From Acidobacteriota bacterium (GTDB lineage Bacteria > Acidobacteriota > Polarisedimenticolia > Polarisedimenticolales > Polarisedimenticolaceae): a stretch of DNA of 43,940 nt. This document shows positions 1 to 8,891 of the stretch, one piece after another; within the stretch, counting starts at the first letter, position 1, and each line of letters begins with the position of its first letter. Where the stretch lies: NCBI GenBank assembly GCA_031401755.1, contig JANNRU010000643.1, positions 1 to 43,940 of the forward strand, written 5' to 3'. Both the position numbers and the translations under genes were made by a program. The notes beneath the pieces were generated by a model. It ran no database searches. It was not told the DNA's origin and saw nothing but the letters and a program-made list of their open reading frames with translations.

Positions 1-3000
1 GTCGATGTCGTGGTCGTCCCCGCACGGGCGCTGCTGCAATGGCTTCCGGGCCGCGACGAGTGGCTGACCTGGAACCAGACCCTGCGAGAAGGGGAGTCGC
101 TGTCCCCGGATCGCTTCATGAGTCAGCTATTGAATCTGGGCTACCGTCGGATGGAAACGGTCGGCGCGGCGGGAGAGGTCGCCAAACGAGGCGGAATTAT
201 CGACCTCTTTCCCTGCGATGCGACCGAGCCGATCCGGATCGAGTGGTTTGGCGACACGATCGAGTCGTTGCGTGCGTTCGACATCGACAACCAACGCTCG
301 ACGATTCGTCTCCAAGAGGTGCAGGTCGGGCCCGCCGTCGAGTGCCCGCCGACCCACGAGGCGATAGTTCGGCTGTCGTCGTTTCTCGAGGCTGGCCGCC
401 ATGCCGCGCAAGGGGATGACGCGGTAGTCCGAGAATATCGCGGTCGCCTCGACCAGCTCCAGCAGGCCGGCTACTGGCCCGGTCTCGAGGCCTTGGCGCG
501 CTTGTCGGCGGAGCGACCTTCGTTGCTCTTCGATTACGCTCGCGAGTTCGCGCTCTGCGTCGACGAACCCGAGCGGGTCGGCCAGGAGCTCGAGCGCACG
601 GCCCACGAGTGGACGCTGGCCTATCAAGACAACGAAGACACGATCCTGCCGCCACCCGACAGCCTCTTTGCGAATCCTGAGGAGATCGGCCGGCGCTTGG
701 AGCGTGCCGTCGTGGTCCTACGCGAGTTGAACAGCGACAGCCCCGCGCCCGGCGAATTGCGCGTCGCCTGTCGCGGTGCGATGGCCTATTCCGGTCGCAT
801 CGCGGCGCTGGTCGAAGATCTGCGTCGATGGCGCACGGCGGGTGAGCGGACGATCCTCGTGCTCCGGGCCGAGGGCAGTGCTGATCGCGTCATCGAGGTC
901 CTGCGCGAGTACGGGATCGAGTCCCTGCGAATTCGCGACCTGGCGTCGACCAGTGGACCCGTCGCCGGCCCGTTCGTCGGCGTCGGCGCGCTGCGTGCCG
1001 GGTTCGAGTTCGGCGACGTCGGGCTGCGCGTCCTGGCCGAACGCGAGATCTTTGGTGAGCCGCAGCGAACGAGCGATCGTCCGACGAAAGGGCGCAGCGC
1101 ATTCGTTTCCGACTTTCGCGATCTGAAGCCCGGCGACCTCGTCGTCCACGTCGACAACGGCGTCGGCCGCTTCATCGGCCTCGGGCGTCCGAAGGGCGGC
1201 AGCCTGAATCGCGACTTCATGTTGCTCGAGTACGCGGGCGGCGACCGGCTGTTCGTGCCGGTCGATCGCCTCGACCTGGTCCAGCGCTACAGCGGAGCGG
1301 GCGGCGAAAAGGCCACGCTGGACAAGCTCGGCGGCGTGAGTTGGGAACGCGTCAAGACTCGCGTCCGAAAGTCGGTCGAATCGATGGCCAAGGAGTTGCT
1401 CGAACTTTACGCTCGCCGCGGCGCGGCGCGGGCGCGGCCGGTCGGCCCCGATACGCCCTGGCAGAGTGAGCTCGAAGAGTCCTTCCCCTTCGAGTTGACC
1501 CCGGACCAGCAGCGCGCGTTGGCCGAAACCAAGGCCGATATGGAATCCGAGCGCGTGATGGACCGCCTGCTCGTCGGCGACGTCGGGTTCGGCAAGACCG
1601 AGGTCGCAGTGCGCGCGGCGTTCAAGGCGGCAATGGACGGTCGCCAGGCTGCCCTGCTCGCGCCGACGACGGTGCTGTGCTTCCAGCATCACCGCACCTT
1701 CGCCGCGCGGTTCGCGCCGTTTCCGGTGCGCGTCGAAATGGTCTCGCGTTTTCGCTCTCCGGCGGAGATCCGTCGAACGCTCGAGGACACGGCGGTCGGG
1801 GCGGTGGACGTGCTGATCGGCACGCATCGGATGCTTTCGACCGACGTCCGGTTCAAGAACCTCGGACTGTTGATCGTCGATGAAGAACAACGCTTCGGCG
1901 TCGCCGACAAGGAGCGCCTGAAGCGCATGACCGAAGGGGTCGATGTGCTGTCGATGACGGCGACGCCGATCCCGCGTACGCTCCAGATGTCCCTTGCCGG
2001 GGTGCGGGATCTTTCGATCATCGAGACACCGCCGCCCGGACGGTCGGCGATCAAGTCTTACCTGGTACCGTTCCGTAAGAACGTCGTGGCCAGCGCGATC
2101 CGTCAAGAGCTGGCGCGCGGCGGCCAGGTCTTCGTCGTGCACAATCGGATCGAAACCTTGCCCGCGATGGCCCGGGCGATCATCGAGGCCGCGCCCGACG
2201 CGCGGGTGCTGACCGCCCATGGGCGCATGGCCGAGTCGCGCCTCGAAGCGACGATGCTCGCGTTCATGCGCCACGAAGCGGACGTGCTGATCACGACCAC
2301 GATCATCGAAAATGGACTCGACATTCCCAACGCGAACACGATCATCGTCAACCGCGCCGATCGGTTCGGCCTGGCGCAGCTCTACCAGCTTCGTGGTCGC
2401 GTCGGGCGCAGCCACCAGCATGCCTATTGCTACTTCCTGATCCCCGATCGCCGTCACCTGACCGAGGAGGCGACAAAGCGATTGCGAGCGTTGCAAGAGT
2501 TCTCCGACCTCGGTGCCGGGTTCCGCCTGGCCGCGGCGGATCTCGAGATTCGCGGGGCGGGGGAGTTGCTCGGATCGCGCCAACACGGTCACATCGGCGC
2601 GTTGGGCTTCGATCTCTACTGCCAGATGCTCGAGCGCGCCGTGCAGGATCTGAGCGGCGAGGCTCCGCGCGAGCGCGTCCCGCCGTCGATGCACCTGGGA
2701 ATCGACATCAAGATCCCGACGAGCTTCCTGCCGGAAGAACGCGACCGGTTGGTGCTCTACAAACGCCTGGCCCTGGCACGCGACGCCGAGCAGGTCGACC
2801 GCTTGCAGGCCGAGACCGAAGACCGCTACGGACACCCGCCGGTCCCGGCGCGCAACTTGTTCGACATGGCCCGCCTGCGGTTACTCGCCGAGGAGGCAGG
2901 CATCAAGACGATCGACGTCGCGGCCGACAAGCTGCAGATCCGTTTCCACGATCGGCCGCCGGTCGAGCCCGGCCGCGTGATCGAGATTCTCTCGCGCCAG

Positions 3001-3120
3001 CGCGGGACCTTGACCCCGTCGGGGATGCTGCTAATCCCCGTGTCGGCCCAGAGCGCCGATCGGGTCCAGATGACCCGTGACCTTCTCGAGCGAATGCTCG
3101 GCCGAAAGGCGGCAAGCTGA
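1..3120 (+). CDS. mfd: Transcription-repair coupling factor Mfd (5' end lies left of the window)
   Basis: The frame is open from base 1. CarD-like segment DLKPGDLVVHVDNGVGRF. SF2 helicase motifs GDVGFGKTEVA, LIVDEEQRFG, SMTATPIPRT, QLRGRVGRS. Stop TGA at 3118-3120. Confidence 0.95.
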   Translation, partial: VDVVVVPARALLQWLPGRDEWLTWNQTLREGESLSPDRFMSQLLNLGYRRMETVGAAGEVAKRGGIIDLFPCDATEPIRIEWFGDTIESLRAFDIDNQRSTIRLQEVQVGPAVECPPTHEAIVRLSSFLEAGRHAAQGDDAVVREYRGRLDQLQQAGYWPGLEALARLSAERPSLLFDYAREFALCVDEPERVGQELERTAHEWTLAYQDNEDTILPPPDSLFANPEEIGRRLERAVVVLRELNSDSPAPGELRVACRGAMAYSGRIAALVEDLRRWRTAGERTILVLRAEGSADRVIEVLREYGIESLRIRDLASTSGPVAGPFVGVGALRAGFEFGDVGLRVLAEREIFGEPQRTSDRPTKGRSAFVSDFRDLKPGDLVVHVDNGVGRFIGLGRPKGGSLNRDFMLLEYAGGDRLFVPVDRLDLVQRYSGAGGEKATLDKLGGVSWERVKTRVRKSVESMAKELLELYARRGAARARPVGPDTPWQSELEESFPFELTPDQQRALAETKADMESERVMDRLLVGDVGFGKTEVAVRAAFKAAMDGRQAALLAPTTVLCFQHHRTFAARFAPFPVRVEMVSRFRSPAEIRRTLEDTAVGAVDVLIGTHRMLSTDVRFKNLGLLIVDEEQRFGVADKERLKRMTEGVDVLSMTATPIPRTLQMSLAGVRDLSIIETPPPGRSAIKSYLVPFRKNVVASAIRQELARGGQVFVVHNRIETLPAMARAIIEAAPDARVLTAHGRMAESRLEATMLAFMRHEADVLITTTIIENGLDIPNANTIIVNRADRFGLAQLYQLRGRVGRSHQHAYCYFLIPDRRHLTEEATKRLRALQEFSDLGAGFRLAAADLEIRGAGELLGSRQHGHIGALGFDLYCQMLERAVQDLSGEAPRERVPPSMHLGIDIKIPTSFLPEERDRLVLYKRLALARDAEQVDRLQAETEDRYGHPPVPARNLFDMARLRLLAEEAGIKTIDVAADKLQIRFHDRPPVEPGRVIEILSRQRGTLTPSGMLLIPVSAQSADRVQMTRDLLERMLGRKAAS

Positions 3121-3122
3121 GC

Positions 3123-4031
3123 GTGCGGAAAGCCACGATCGTCGTTTCGTGTCTCGCTGCGATCGCCTGTGGCCCTGACGATCCCGGGCGCGCGGTGGTC
3201 GCGGTCGTCGGTGATCAGTCGATCCGGCTGACCGAGCTCGAAGGCTACCTCCAGGCGAACCTGGTCCCGGTCGATCGCGACGACGAACCGGTCTCGGCGC
3301 TCGAGTCGGACTCTGTCCGCAGCCGCCTGCTCGATGCTTTGATCGACAACGTTCTGCTCGCCCGAGAGTCCGAGCGGCGAGGTCTGACGGTCGACGAACG
3401 CGACATCGACAGGCAACTCGAGCAGGGAGTTGGAGAGGTCGAGTCCGCGTTTCGGCGGGAGGACCGCCGGGCGTGGGCGCGCCGGCAGCTGGCGGCGCAG
3501 GCGCTTGAAGAGCGCGTCGCCGCCGACCTGGTCGCGATCGATGACGCCGAGTTGCAGGCCTACATGGCGGAGAATCCCGAGCCCACGATCCGCGAAGAGC
3601 GACTGGTCCTCCGTGGACTGACCTTCCCGTCCCTGGAGGACGCGTTACGAGTGCGCAGTCAGATCGTCGAGGGGCACGATACCTTCACGGGTGCGGTCAG
3701 CCGGTACGCGACGAGCGAATCGGATGGTGTCCCGGTCGAGATCGCCTGGCCGAAGCTGCCCGAGACGATCCGCGGTGCGCTGCGCCACCTCGAACCCCGG
3801 CGGGTCTCGCCGGCCGTCGAATACGAGGGGCACGCGTATCTGTTCGAGATCGAGGCCTGGCTGACGAAAAAACCCGAGACCGAAGCGGTCCGATTGGAGC
3901 GGGCCCGCGAGGACCTGGCCCGCCTGCGACAAAGCTGGGCGATCGACGCCCTGCTGCAAAAATTGCGCGCCAGCACCGTGATCTCGATCCGGCGCAGCCA
4001 ACTGCCGTTCCGCTACAGGGATCCCAGTTGA
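3123..4031 (+). CDS. SurA_N/parvulin-like periplasmic chaperone, probable lipoprotein
   Basis: GTG start 2 nt after the mfd stop. N-terminal signal ending VSCLAAIAC-G. SurA_N-like helical region LLDALIDNVLLARESERRGLTVDERDIDRQLEQ. Degenerate PPIase-like C-terminal half. High GC3. Confidence 0.6.
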   Translation: MRKATIVVSCLAAIACGPDDPGRAVVAVVGDQSIRLTELEGYLQANLVPVDRDDEPVSALESDSVRSRLLDALIDNVLLARESERRGLTVDERDIDRQLEQGVGEVESAFRREDRRAWARRQLAAQALEERVAADLVAIDDAELQAYMAENPEPTIREERLVLRGLTFPSLEDALRVRSQIVEGHDTFTGAVSRYATSESDGVPVEIAWPKLPETIRGALRHLEPRRVSPAVEYEGHAYLFEIEAWLTKKPETEAVRLERAREDLARLRQSWAIDALLQKLRASTVISIRRSQLPFRYRDPS

Positions 4032-4059
4032 TGGCCGCCGCTGGACGAGCCCCGCTAGA

Positions 4060-5070
4060 ATGACGGGCATGGACAAGCACAGGGTCGTCGTGCTGGCGTT
4101 CGCCGTCATTCTGGCCGCGACCGCGCCGCGCGCCGAGGTCGTCGACGACATCGTCGCCTGGGTCAATGGCGACATCATTACCAAGAGCGAGTACGAAGAG
4201 GAAGCGGCCGGCCTGAAAGCCGACGCCGAGCGTAGCCTGACCGGTGAAGCGCTCGATCGCGAGCTGCAGCAGATTCGCAGCGGACTGTTGATCCAGATCA
4301 TCGACCGCCGGGTTCTGCTCGATCGCGCCAAGCGCTTCTACGACCTGTCGAAGATGGAAGAGGCCTTCTTCGACCAGTTCAAGGAACAGCAGAAAAAGTC
4401 CGACGCCGAGATCGAAAAACTCTTGGCTGAGGACGGGACGACGGTCACCGAGCTCAAGCGGCGTCTGGTCCAGATCTATGCGCCGCAGGAGGTCGTACGG
4501 CTGGAGATCCGCGACCGCCTCGGCGTGCCGAGCGCCGAAGTCCGGGCCTACTACGACGCACACCCGGAGGAGTTCAAAATCGAAGCCCAAGCGACCTTCC
4601 GGGAGATCGTGTTACTCGGGGAGGGCGCGTTCAGAAAACGTGAACGGCGGGACGAGATCGAGGCGATGCGCGTACGGTTGGTCGCCGGCGAGTCGTTCGA
4701 AGACATGGCGAAAGGGGTCTCGGAGGCCCCCTCGAACGAGGGCGGCGGGTTGGTCGGCCCGATCCGCCGCAGCGATGTCCACGAGCAGCTCCGGGAGGTG
4801 ATCTTCGGTATTGCGCCGGGAGCGATTTCGGAAATCGTCGAGAGTCCCTTCGGCCTGCACTTGATTCGCGTCGAAAGCCGCGAAGACGATCGATCCCGTG
4901 AGTTCTCCGACGTCGAGGCGGCGATTCGCAAGCGCCTCGAGGATCGGAAGTGGAATCAAGCCACCAAGGATTTCATTGACAAGGCCCGCGCCGAGGCCGA
5001 CTGGTGCGTCAAGCCCCGCTACCGCGACCTAATGCCCGACGATCAGTTGGGAAGTTGCAGGGCGCTCTAG
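4060..5070 (+). CDS. SurA/PrsA-like peptidyl-prolyl isomerase with a single parvulin domain
   Basis: Signal peptide MTGMDKHRVVVLAFAVILAATAPRAEV. SurA_N-like start IVAWVNGDIITKSEYEEE. Parvulin domain ending SPFGLHLIRVESRE. Confidence 0.85.
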   Translation: MTGMDKHRVVVLAFAVILAATAPRAEVVDDIVAWVNGDIITKSEYEEEAAGLKADAERSLTGEALDRELQQIRSGLLIQIIDRRVLLDRAKRFYDLSKMEEAFFDQFKEQQKKSDAEIEKLLAEDGTTVTELKRRLVQIYAPQEVVRLEIRDRLGVPSAEVRAYYDAHPEEFKIEAQATFREIVLLGEGAFRKRERRDEIEAMRVRLVAGESFEDMAKGVSEAPSNEGGGLVGPIRRSDVHEQLREVIFGIAPGAISEIVESPFGLHLIRVESREDDRSREFSDVEAAIRKRLEDRKWNQATKDFIDKARAEADWCVKPRYRDLMPDDQLGSCRAL

Positions 5071-5089
5071 AATTATTCAATCTTCCCAG

Positions 5090-5118
5090 TTGCAAGCGAT
5101 CAGGACCTTTGGTAAATT
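5090..5118 (+). promoter_or_regulatory. Sigma70-type promoter candidate for the Hfq-like gene
   Basis: TTGCAA (5090-5095), a 17-nt spacer, then TAAATT (5113-5118), in the only AT-richer intergenic stretch here. It would give a leader of roughly 115-120 nt before the ATG at 5243. Confidence 0.45.
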
Positions 5119-5242
5119 CAGCTGCATCCGAGCCTTGACGCGTTGCGAAACCCGCGTTCGCCGAGTCTGTGGCAGCCCCGAAGTCTGATACTAACGACTT
5201 GTAACACGCTCCGATGCCGACACTTGGAGGACTGAATCCGTC

Positions 5243-5632
5243 ATGGAATCAGAACAGACCACCCGCATGATCAATCGGAAACTCGTCCGGCCGAAACTGG
5301 CGGAGGTCAAGGAACGATTTGGCCCGCCACCACAACGCGGCGGAGACGGCCCGGAAGTCAGCGCGCGAGACAACACGCAGAACGGAACCGCGCCGCGAAG
5401 GCGGATGGCGCCGCCCGAGCAGACCAATGCCGAGGCGTTCTACTACCTGAAGCAGATGAACCAGCAAACGGCGATGGTCGTCGTGCTCGATGACGGCCAG
5501 AAGCTATGCGGGCACATCGAGTGGTATGACCGCTCCTGCCTCAAGGTGCATCGCGAAGGGGCACCGAACGTGCTCGTCTTCAAACACTGCATCAAGTATC
5601 TCTATAAGCAGGAAGACGAAGCCCCGTCCTGA
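5243..5632 (+). CDS. Hfq-like Sm-fold RNA-binding protein with a long basic, disordered N-terminal extension
   Basis: The C-terminal ~65 aa parallels Hfq Sm1/Sm2: MVVVLDDGQKLCGHIEWYDRSCLKV, then VLVFKHCIKYLYK (compare Hfq YKHAIST). GGAGG lies 12 nt upstream of the ATG. An alternative start is the ATG at 5267. Confidence 0.6.
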   Translation: MESEQTTRMINRKLVRPKLAEVKERFGPPPQRGGDGPEVSARDNTQNGTAPRRRMAPPEQTNAEAFYYLKQMNQQTAMVVVLDDGQKLCGHIEWYDRSCLKVHREGAPNVLVFKHCIKYLYKQEDEAPS

Positions 5633-5637
5633 TCCGT

Positions 5638-6447
5638 TCACCGATGCCCAAAAGCCTCCCGTGTGACTCGAACCAGTTCGGGATGTAGGGTCGCTCCGGC
5701 GGCGACGATCTCCCCGGAATCCAGATAGCTCGCGCCGCCGACCACGTCGGTAACCATTCCTCCCGCTTCGAGGACGACCAGCGCTCCGGCCGCGATATCC
5801 CAGCGCGACAACCCGACCTCCCAGAAGCCGTCGTAACGGCCGCAGGCCGTGTGCACGAGATCGAGGCTCGCCGAGCCCGCCCGTCGCAATCCGGAGCTTT
5901 TGCGCGCAAAGACCTCAAAGGCCGTCAAGTACTCGCGGAGCCGCGCGAACTCGCGAAACGGGAAGCCGGTGGCGAGCAAGGCTGGCCCCAGCTCCCGCAC
6001 GGACGAGCAGTGAATCGGGTTGCCGTTCAGCCGCGCCCCTCCGCCACGGAAGGCGTGGAATGTCTCGCCGTGAATGGGATCGTGGACCGCGCCGGCGACC
6101 AGGCCCTGCGCGTCCTCCACCGCGACCGAGGTCGCGAACATCGGGATCCCGTGGATGAAGTTCGTCGTCCCGTCCAGCGGATCGACGACCCAGCGATGGT
6201 CGGAAACGCCTGCGCTGGGGGTTCCTTCTTCGGCCATCACCCCATGTGCGGGAAACGCGCGATGGATACGCTCGATCACCGCCCGTTCGGCGGCGCGATC
6301 GACTTCGGTGACGTAGTCGTGCTCGCCCTTGGATTCCACGCGCAGCGGAACGGCACCGCGAAAACGGGCGCGTAGTACGGATCCCCCGGCGTGGGCGGCC
6401 TCGATTGCCAGGCACTCGAGGGCGGCGGGTGACGGCGAGTCGCTCAC
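5638..6447 (-). CDS. suhB: Inositol monophosphatase family protein (SuhB-like)
   Basis: Motifs EEG, WVVDPLDGTTNF, ATGFPF. I chose the GTG start at 6447, which forms a GTGA overlap with the xerC stop. The longer 382-aa track ORF runs into xerC. Confidence 0.85.
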   Translation of the reverse strand: MSDSPSPAALECLAIEAAHAGGSVLRARFRGAVPLRVESKGEHDYVTEVDRAAERAVIERIHRAFPAHGVMAEEGTPSAGVSDHRWVVDPLDGTTNFIHGIPMFATSVAVEDAQGLVAGAVHDPIHGETFHAFRGGGARLNGNPIHCSSVRELGPALLATGFPFREFARLREYLTAFEVFARKSSGLRRAGSASLDLVHTACGRYDGFWEVGLSRWDIAAGALVVLEAGGMVTDVVGGASYLDSGEIVAAGATLHPELVRVTREAFGHR

Positions 6448-7382
6448 GGCTCCTCGACCGGGCGACGATGGGCGCGCGGGTGCGCGCGCTCGTAGACCGC
6501 CACCAGGGATTCGATACCCACGTGGGTGTAGCGCTGGGTCGTCGAAAGCGAGGCGTGCCCGAGCAACTCCTGGATCGACCGAAGATCGGCTCCGGCGTTC
6601 AATAGGTGGGTCGCAAACGAATGGCGCAGCGCGTGGGGCGAGATGTGGCCCACGATCGCAGCCTCTTGCAGTCGCCGATCGAGGATCCGGCGCACGCTGC
6701 GGTCGGTCAGTCGGCCCCCGCGCAGGTTCAAGAACAACGGCTCGCCGTCGGTTCGCCCGCGCAGCGGAACCGCCGCGGCAAGCCAACGCCGGAGGGCCAC
6801 CGCGGCCTTGTCGCCGAAGGGGACTTCCCGTTCCTTCCCACCCTTGCCGGTGACGCGTAGCATGCCGCTGGCTAGGTCGATGTCACCGATGTCCAGCGAG
6901 ACCAACTCGCTGACCCGCAGTCCCGAAGCGTAGAGCAACTCGAGCAGCGCCCGGTCGCGGGTTCCCGCCGCGTCGTCTCCGACGATTCGATCGAGCAACA
7001 CGAAGATTTCGTCGACGGTCAAAGCCCGAGGGAGCCCGCGCGGCGATTTTGGCGACGGAATGCGCGCTGCTGGGCTGCTATCGATCCGGCCCTCGCGAAC
7101 CGCGTAGCGTAGGAACGAACGTACCGCGGCCAGCTTGCGCGCGGCGGAGCTGCGCGCAAGGCCGCGGCGGTGCAAGGAGGCGACGAAGCTGCGCACCGCC
7201 AGTCGGTCGATCCGCTCGGGGCCGGGCGGCGGATCGAGACCGAGTTCGACGACGAGGTGTCGCCCGAGGTCGGCCAGATCCGACGAGTAGGCAACGATGG
7301 TCCGCTGCGAGACTCGCCGTTGGTCGCGCAGGTAGTCCAGGAACCGCTCGACCGCGACGTCGAAACCCGAGCCGTCGCTCAT
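6444..7382 (-). CDS. xerC: Tyrosine site-specific recombinase XerC/XerD
   Basis: N-terminal SAM-like domain FLDYLRDQRRVSQRTIVAYSSDL. Catalytic signature LLYASGLRVSEL, HALRHSFATHLL, LGHASLSTTQRYTHV. The ATG at 7382 overlaps the trmFO stop (ATGA). Confidence 0.9.
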   Translation of the reverse strand: MSDGSGFDVAVERFLDYLRDQRRVSQRTIVAYSSDLADLGRHLVVELGLDPPPGPERIDRLAVRSFVASLHRRGLARSSAARKLAAVRSFLRYAVREGRIDSSPAARIPSPKSPRGLPRALTVDEIFVLLDRIVGDDAAGTRDRALLELLYASGLRVSELVSLDIGDIDLASGMLRVTGKGGKEREVPFGDKAAVALRRWLAAAVPLRGRTDGEPLFLNLRGGRLTDRSVRRILDRRLQEAAIVGHISPHALRHSFATHLLNAGADLRSIQELLGHASLSTTQRYTHVGIESLVAVYERAHPRAHRRPVEEP

Positions 7383-8722
7383 CCGGCGGGCTCGTACGTT
7401 CGCGGCAAATCGGCCAGCTCGAGCCAGCGGTCGACCGCCGCGAGCGCGCGTTCGGCGCGTGCGCCGTTTCGCGCTTTTTTGCCACGCGGGCCGGACGGGG
7501 GTTCGGGGAGCAGTCCGAATGCCGCGTTGGTCGGCTGATAACCCGCCGGGTCGGCGTGGGATATGTAATGACAGAGGGCGCCGAGCATGGTCTCCTGGGG
7601 AAGTTGTAACGGCACGCGCCCGGTCGCCATCCGCGCCGCGTTCAGACCGGCCAGCAGACCGGTCGCCGCCGACTCGGTGTAGCCTTCGACCCCCGAGATC
7701 TGCCCGGCAAAGAACAGCCCGGGGCGCTTTCGGGTCTGCAGCTCCGGGCGCAGGACTTCGGGCGCGTTGATGTAGCAGTTGCGGTGGATCTGTCCCAGTC
7801 GGACGAACTCCGCTCGCGCGAGGCCCGGGATCGTGCGAAAGACTCGGGTTTGCTCGGGCCAGCGAAGCTGGGTTTGGAACCCGACCATCGAGTAATGCTC
7901 GGCGGCCAGGTTGTCCTGCCGGAGTTGGACGACCGCCCACGGACGGCGGCCGTTGGCGGGATCGGAGAGTCCGACCGGTTTCATCGGCCCGAAGCGCAAG
8001 GTATCGGGACCCCGTCGGGCCATCTCTTCGATCGGCAGGCAGCCTTCGAAGAACGGCGTCTGGTCGACCTCGTGGAGCGGGGCCTTCTCGCCCGCGAGCA
8101 GGGCCGCGACGAATCCCTCATAAACTTCCCGGTCCATCGGGCAGTTGAGGTAGTCCGCACCGGAGCCCTTGCCCCAGCGCGAGGCGGCGAAGGTGATGTC
8201 TCGGTCGATCGAGTCGGCCTCAATCACCGGCGCGATCGCGTCAAAAAAGAACAGGTATTCGCGTCCCGTGAAGCGCCCAATCGCGGCGGCCAGACTCTCC
8301 GCGACGAGCGGTCCGACCGCCAAGATGACGACGTCGTCGGGTGGGATCTCGGTGATCTCGAGCCGCTCGAGCGTGATCAGCGGTTCGGCCTCGATGGCCT
8401 CGGTGACCGCGCGGGCGAACGCTTGGCGGTCGACGGCCAGAGCCGATCCTGCCGGAAGTTGGGTCTTGATGGCACAGTCGAGGATGAGCGAGCCCATCCG
8501 GCGCATCTCTTCTTTGAGAAGACCGTGGGCGGTCGAAAGCTCGACCGATTTCAGAGAGTTTGAGCAAACCAACTCGGCCAGGTCGCCAGTCCGGTGGACC
8601 GGGGTCTCGCGCACCGGTCGCATCTCGACCAGACGCACCGGAACCCCGAATCGGGCGAGCTGCCAGGCGGCTTCGCTTCCGGCCAGGCCGCCGCCCACGA
8701 CGACGACAGGACGGATCGCCAT
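7379..8722 (-). CDS. trmFO: Methylenetetrahydrofolate--tRNA-(uracil-5)-methyltransferase TrmFO (Gid)
   Basis: FAD-binding fold VVVGGGLAGSEAAWQLA, then VCSNSLKS and FFAGQISGVEGYTESAATGLLAG. The ATG at 8722 (MAIRPVVVV) is preferred over the upstream ATG at 8776. Confidence 0.9.
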   Translation of the reverse strand: MAIRPVVVVGGGLAGSEAAWQLARFGVPVRLVEMRPVRETPVHRTGDLAELVCSNSLKSVELSTAHGLLKEEMRRMGSLILDCAIKTQLPAGSALAVDRQAFARAVTEAIEAEPLITLERLEITEIPPDDVVILAVGPLVAESLAAAIGRFTGREYLFFFDAIAPVIEADSIDRDITFAASRWGKGSGADYLNCPMDREVYEGFVAALLAGEKAPLHEVDQTPFFEGCLPIEEMARRGPDTLRFGPMKPVGLSDPANGRRPWAVVQLRQDNLAAEHYSMVGFQTQLRWPEQTRVFRTIPGLARAEFVRLGQIHRNCYINAPEVLRPELQTRKRPGLFFAGQISGVEGYTESAATGLLAGLNAARMATGRVPLQLPQETMLGALCHYISHADPAGYQPTNAAFGLLPEPPSGPRGKKARNGARAERALAAVDRWLELADLPRTYEPAG

Positions 8723-8891
8723 GGCTCCTCCGCAGACGAACGCGAAAAGGATCATAGCGCAGCGTTTCCAAGGCACCGGCCACTGATGGACGGCGTTCGG
8801 GACACCGTGTAATCTCTCCGGGTCCTGAACCCGGACGAACCGGGCTCGATGGGCCTCCTGCCAACCAAAATCATCCCGGAGTGATGAACCG

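Noticed and set aside
718-2835. 705-aa ORF on the minus strand inside mfd
   Set aside because: It lies entirely antisense to a gene with unmistakable Mfd helicase motifs. Its product is Arg/Ala/Gly/Asp-rich with no motifs. This is the typical open antisense frame of high-G+C DNA.
6448-6786. N-terminal extension of suhB (the 382-aa version in the ORF track)
   Set aside because: The extension runs through the xerC 3' coding region and is Arg/Pro/Ala-rich. IMPase homology starts near the GTG at 6447, which forms a canonical GTGA overlap with the xerC stop.
7383-7940. N-terminal extension of xerC (the 498-aa version)
   Set aside because: The extension overlaps trmFO and is low-complexity. Recombinase homology begins at the ATG at 7382 (MSDGSGFDVAVERFLDYL).
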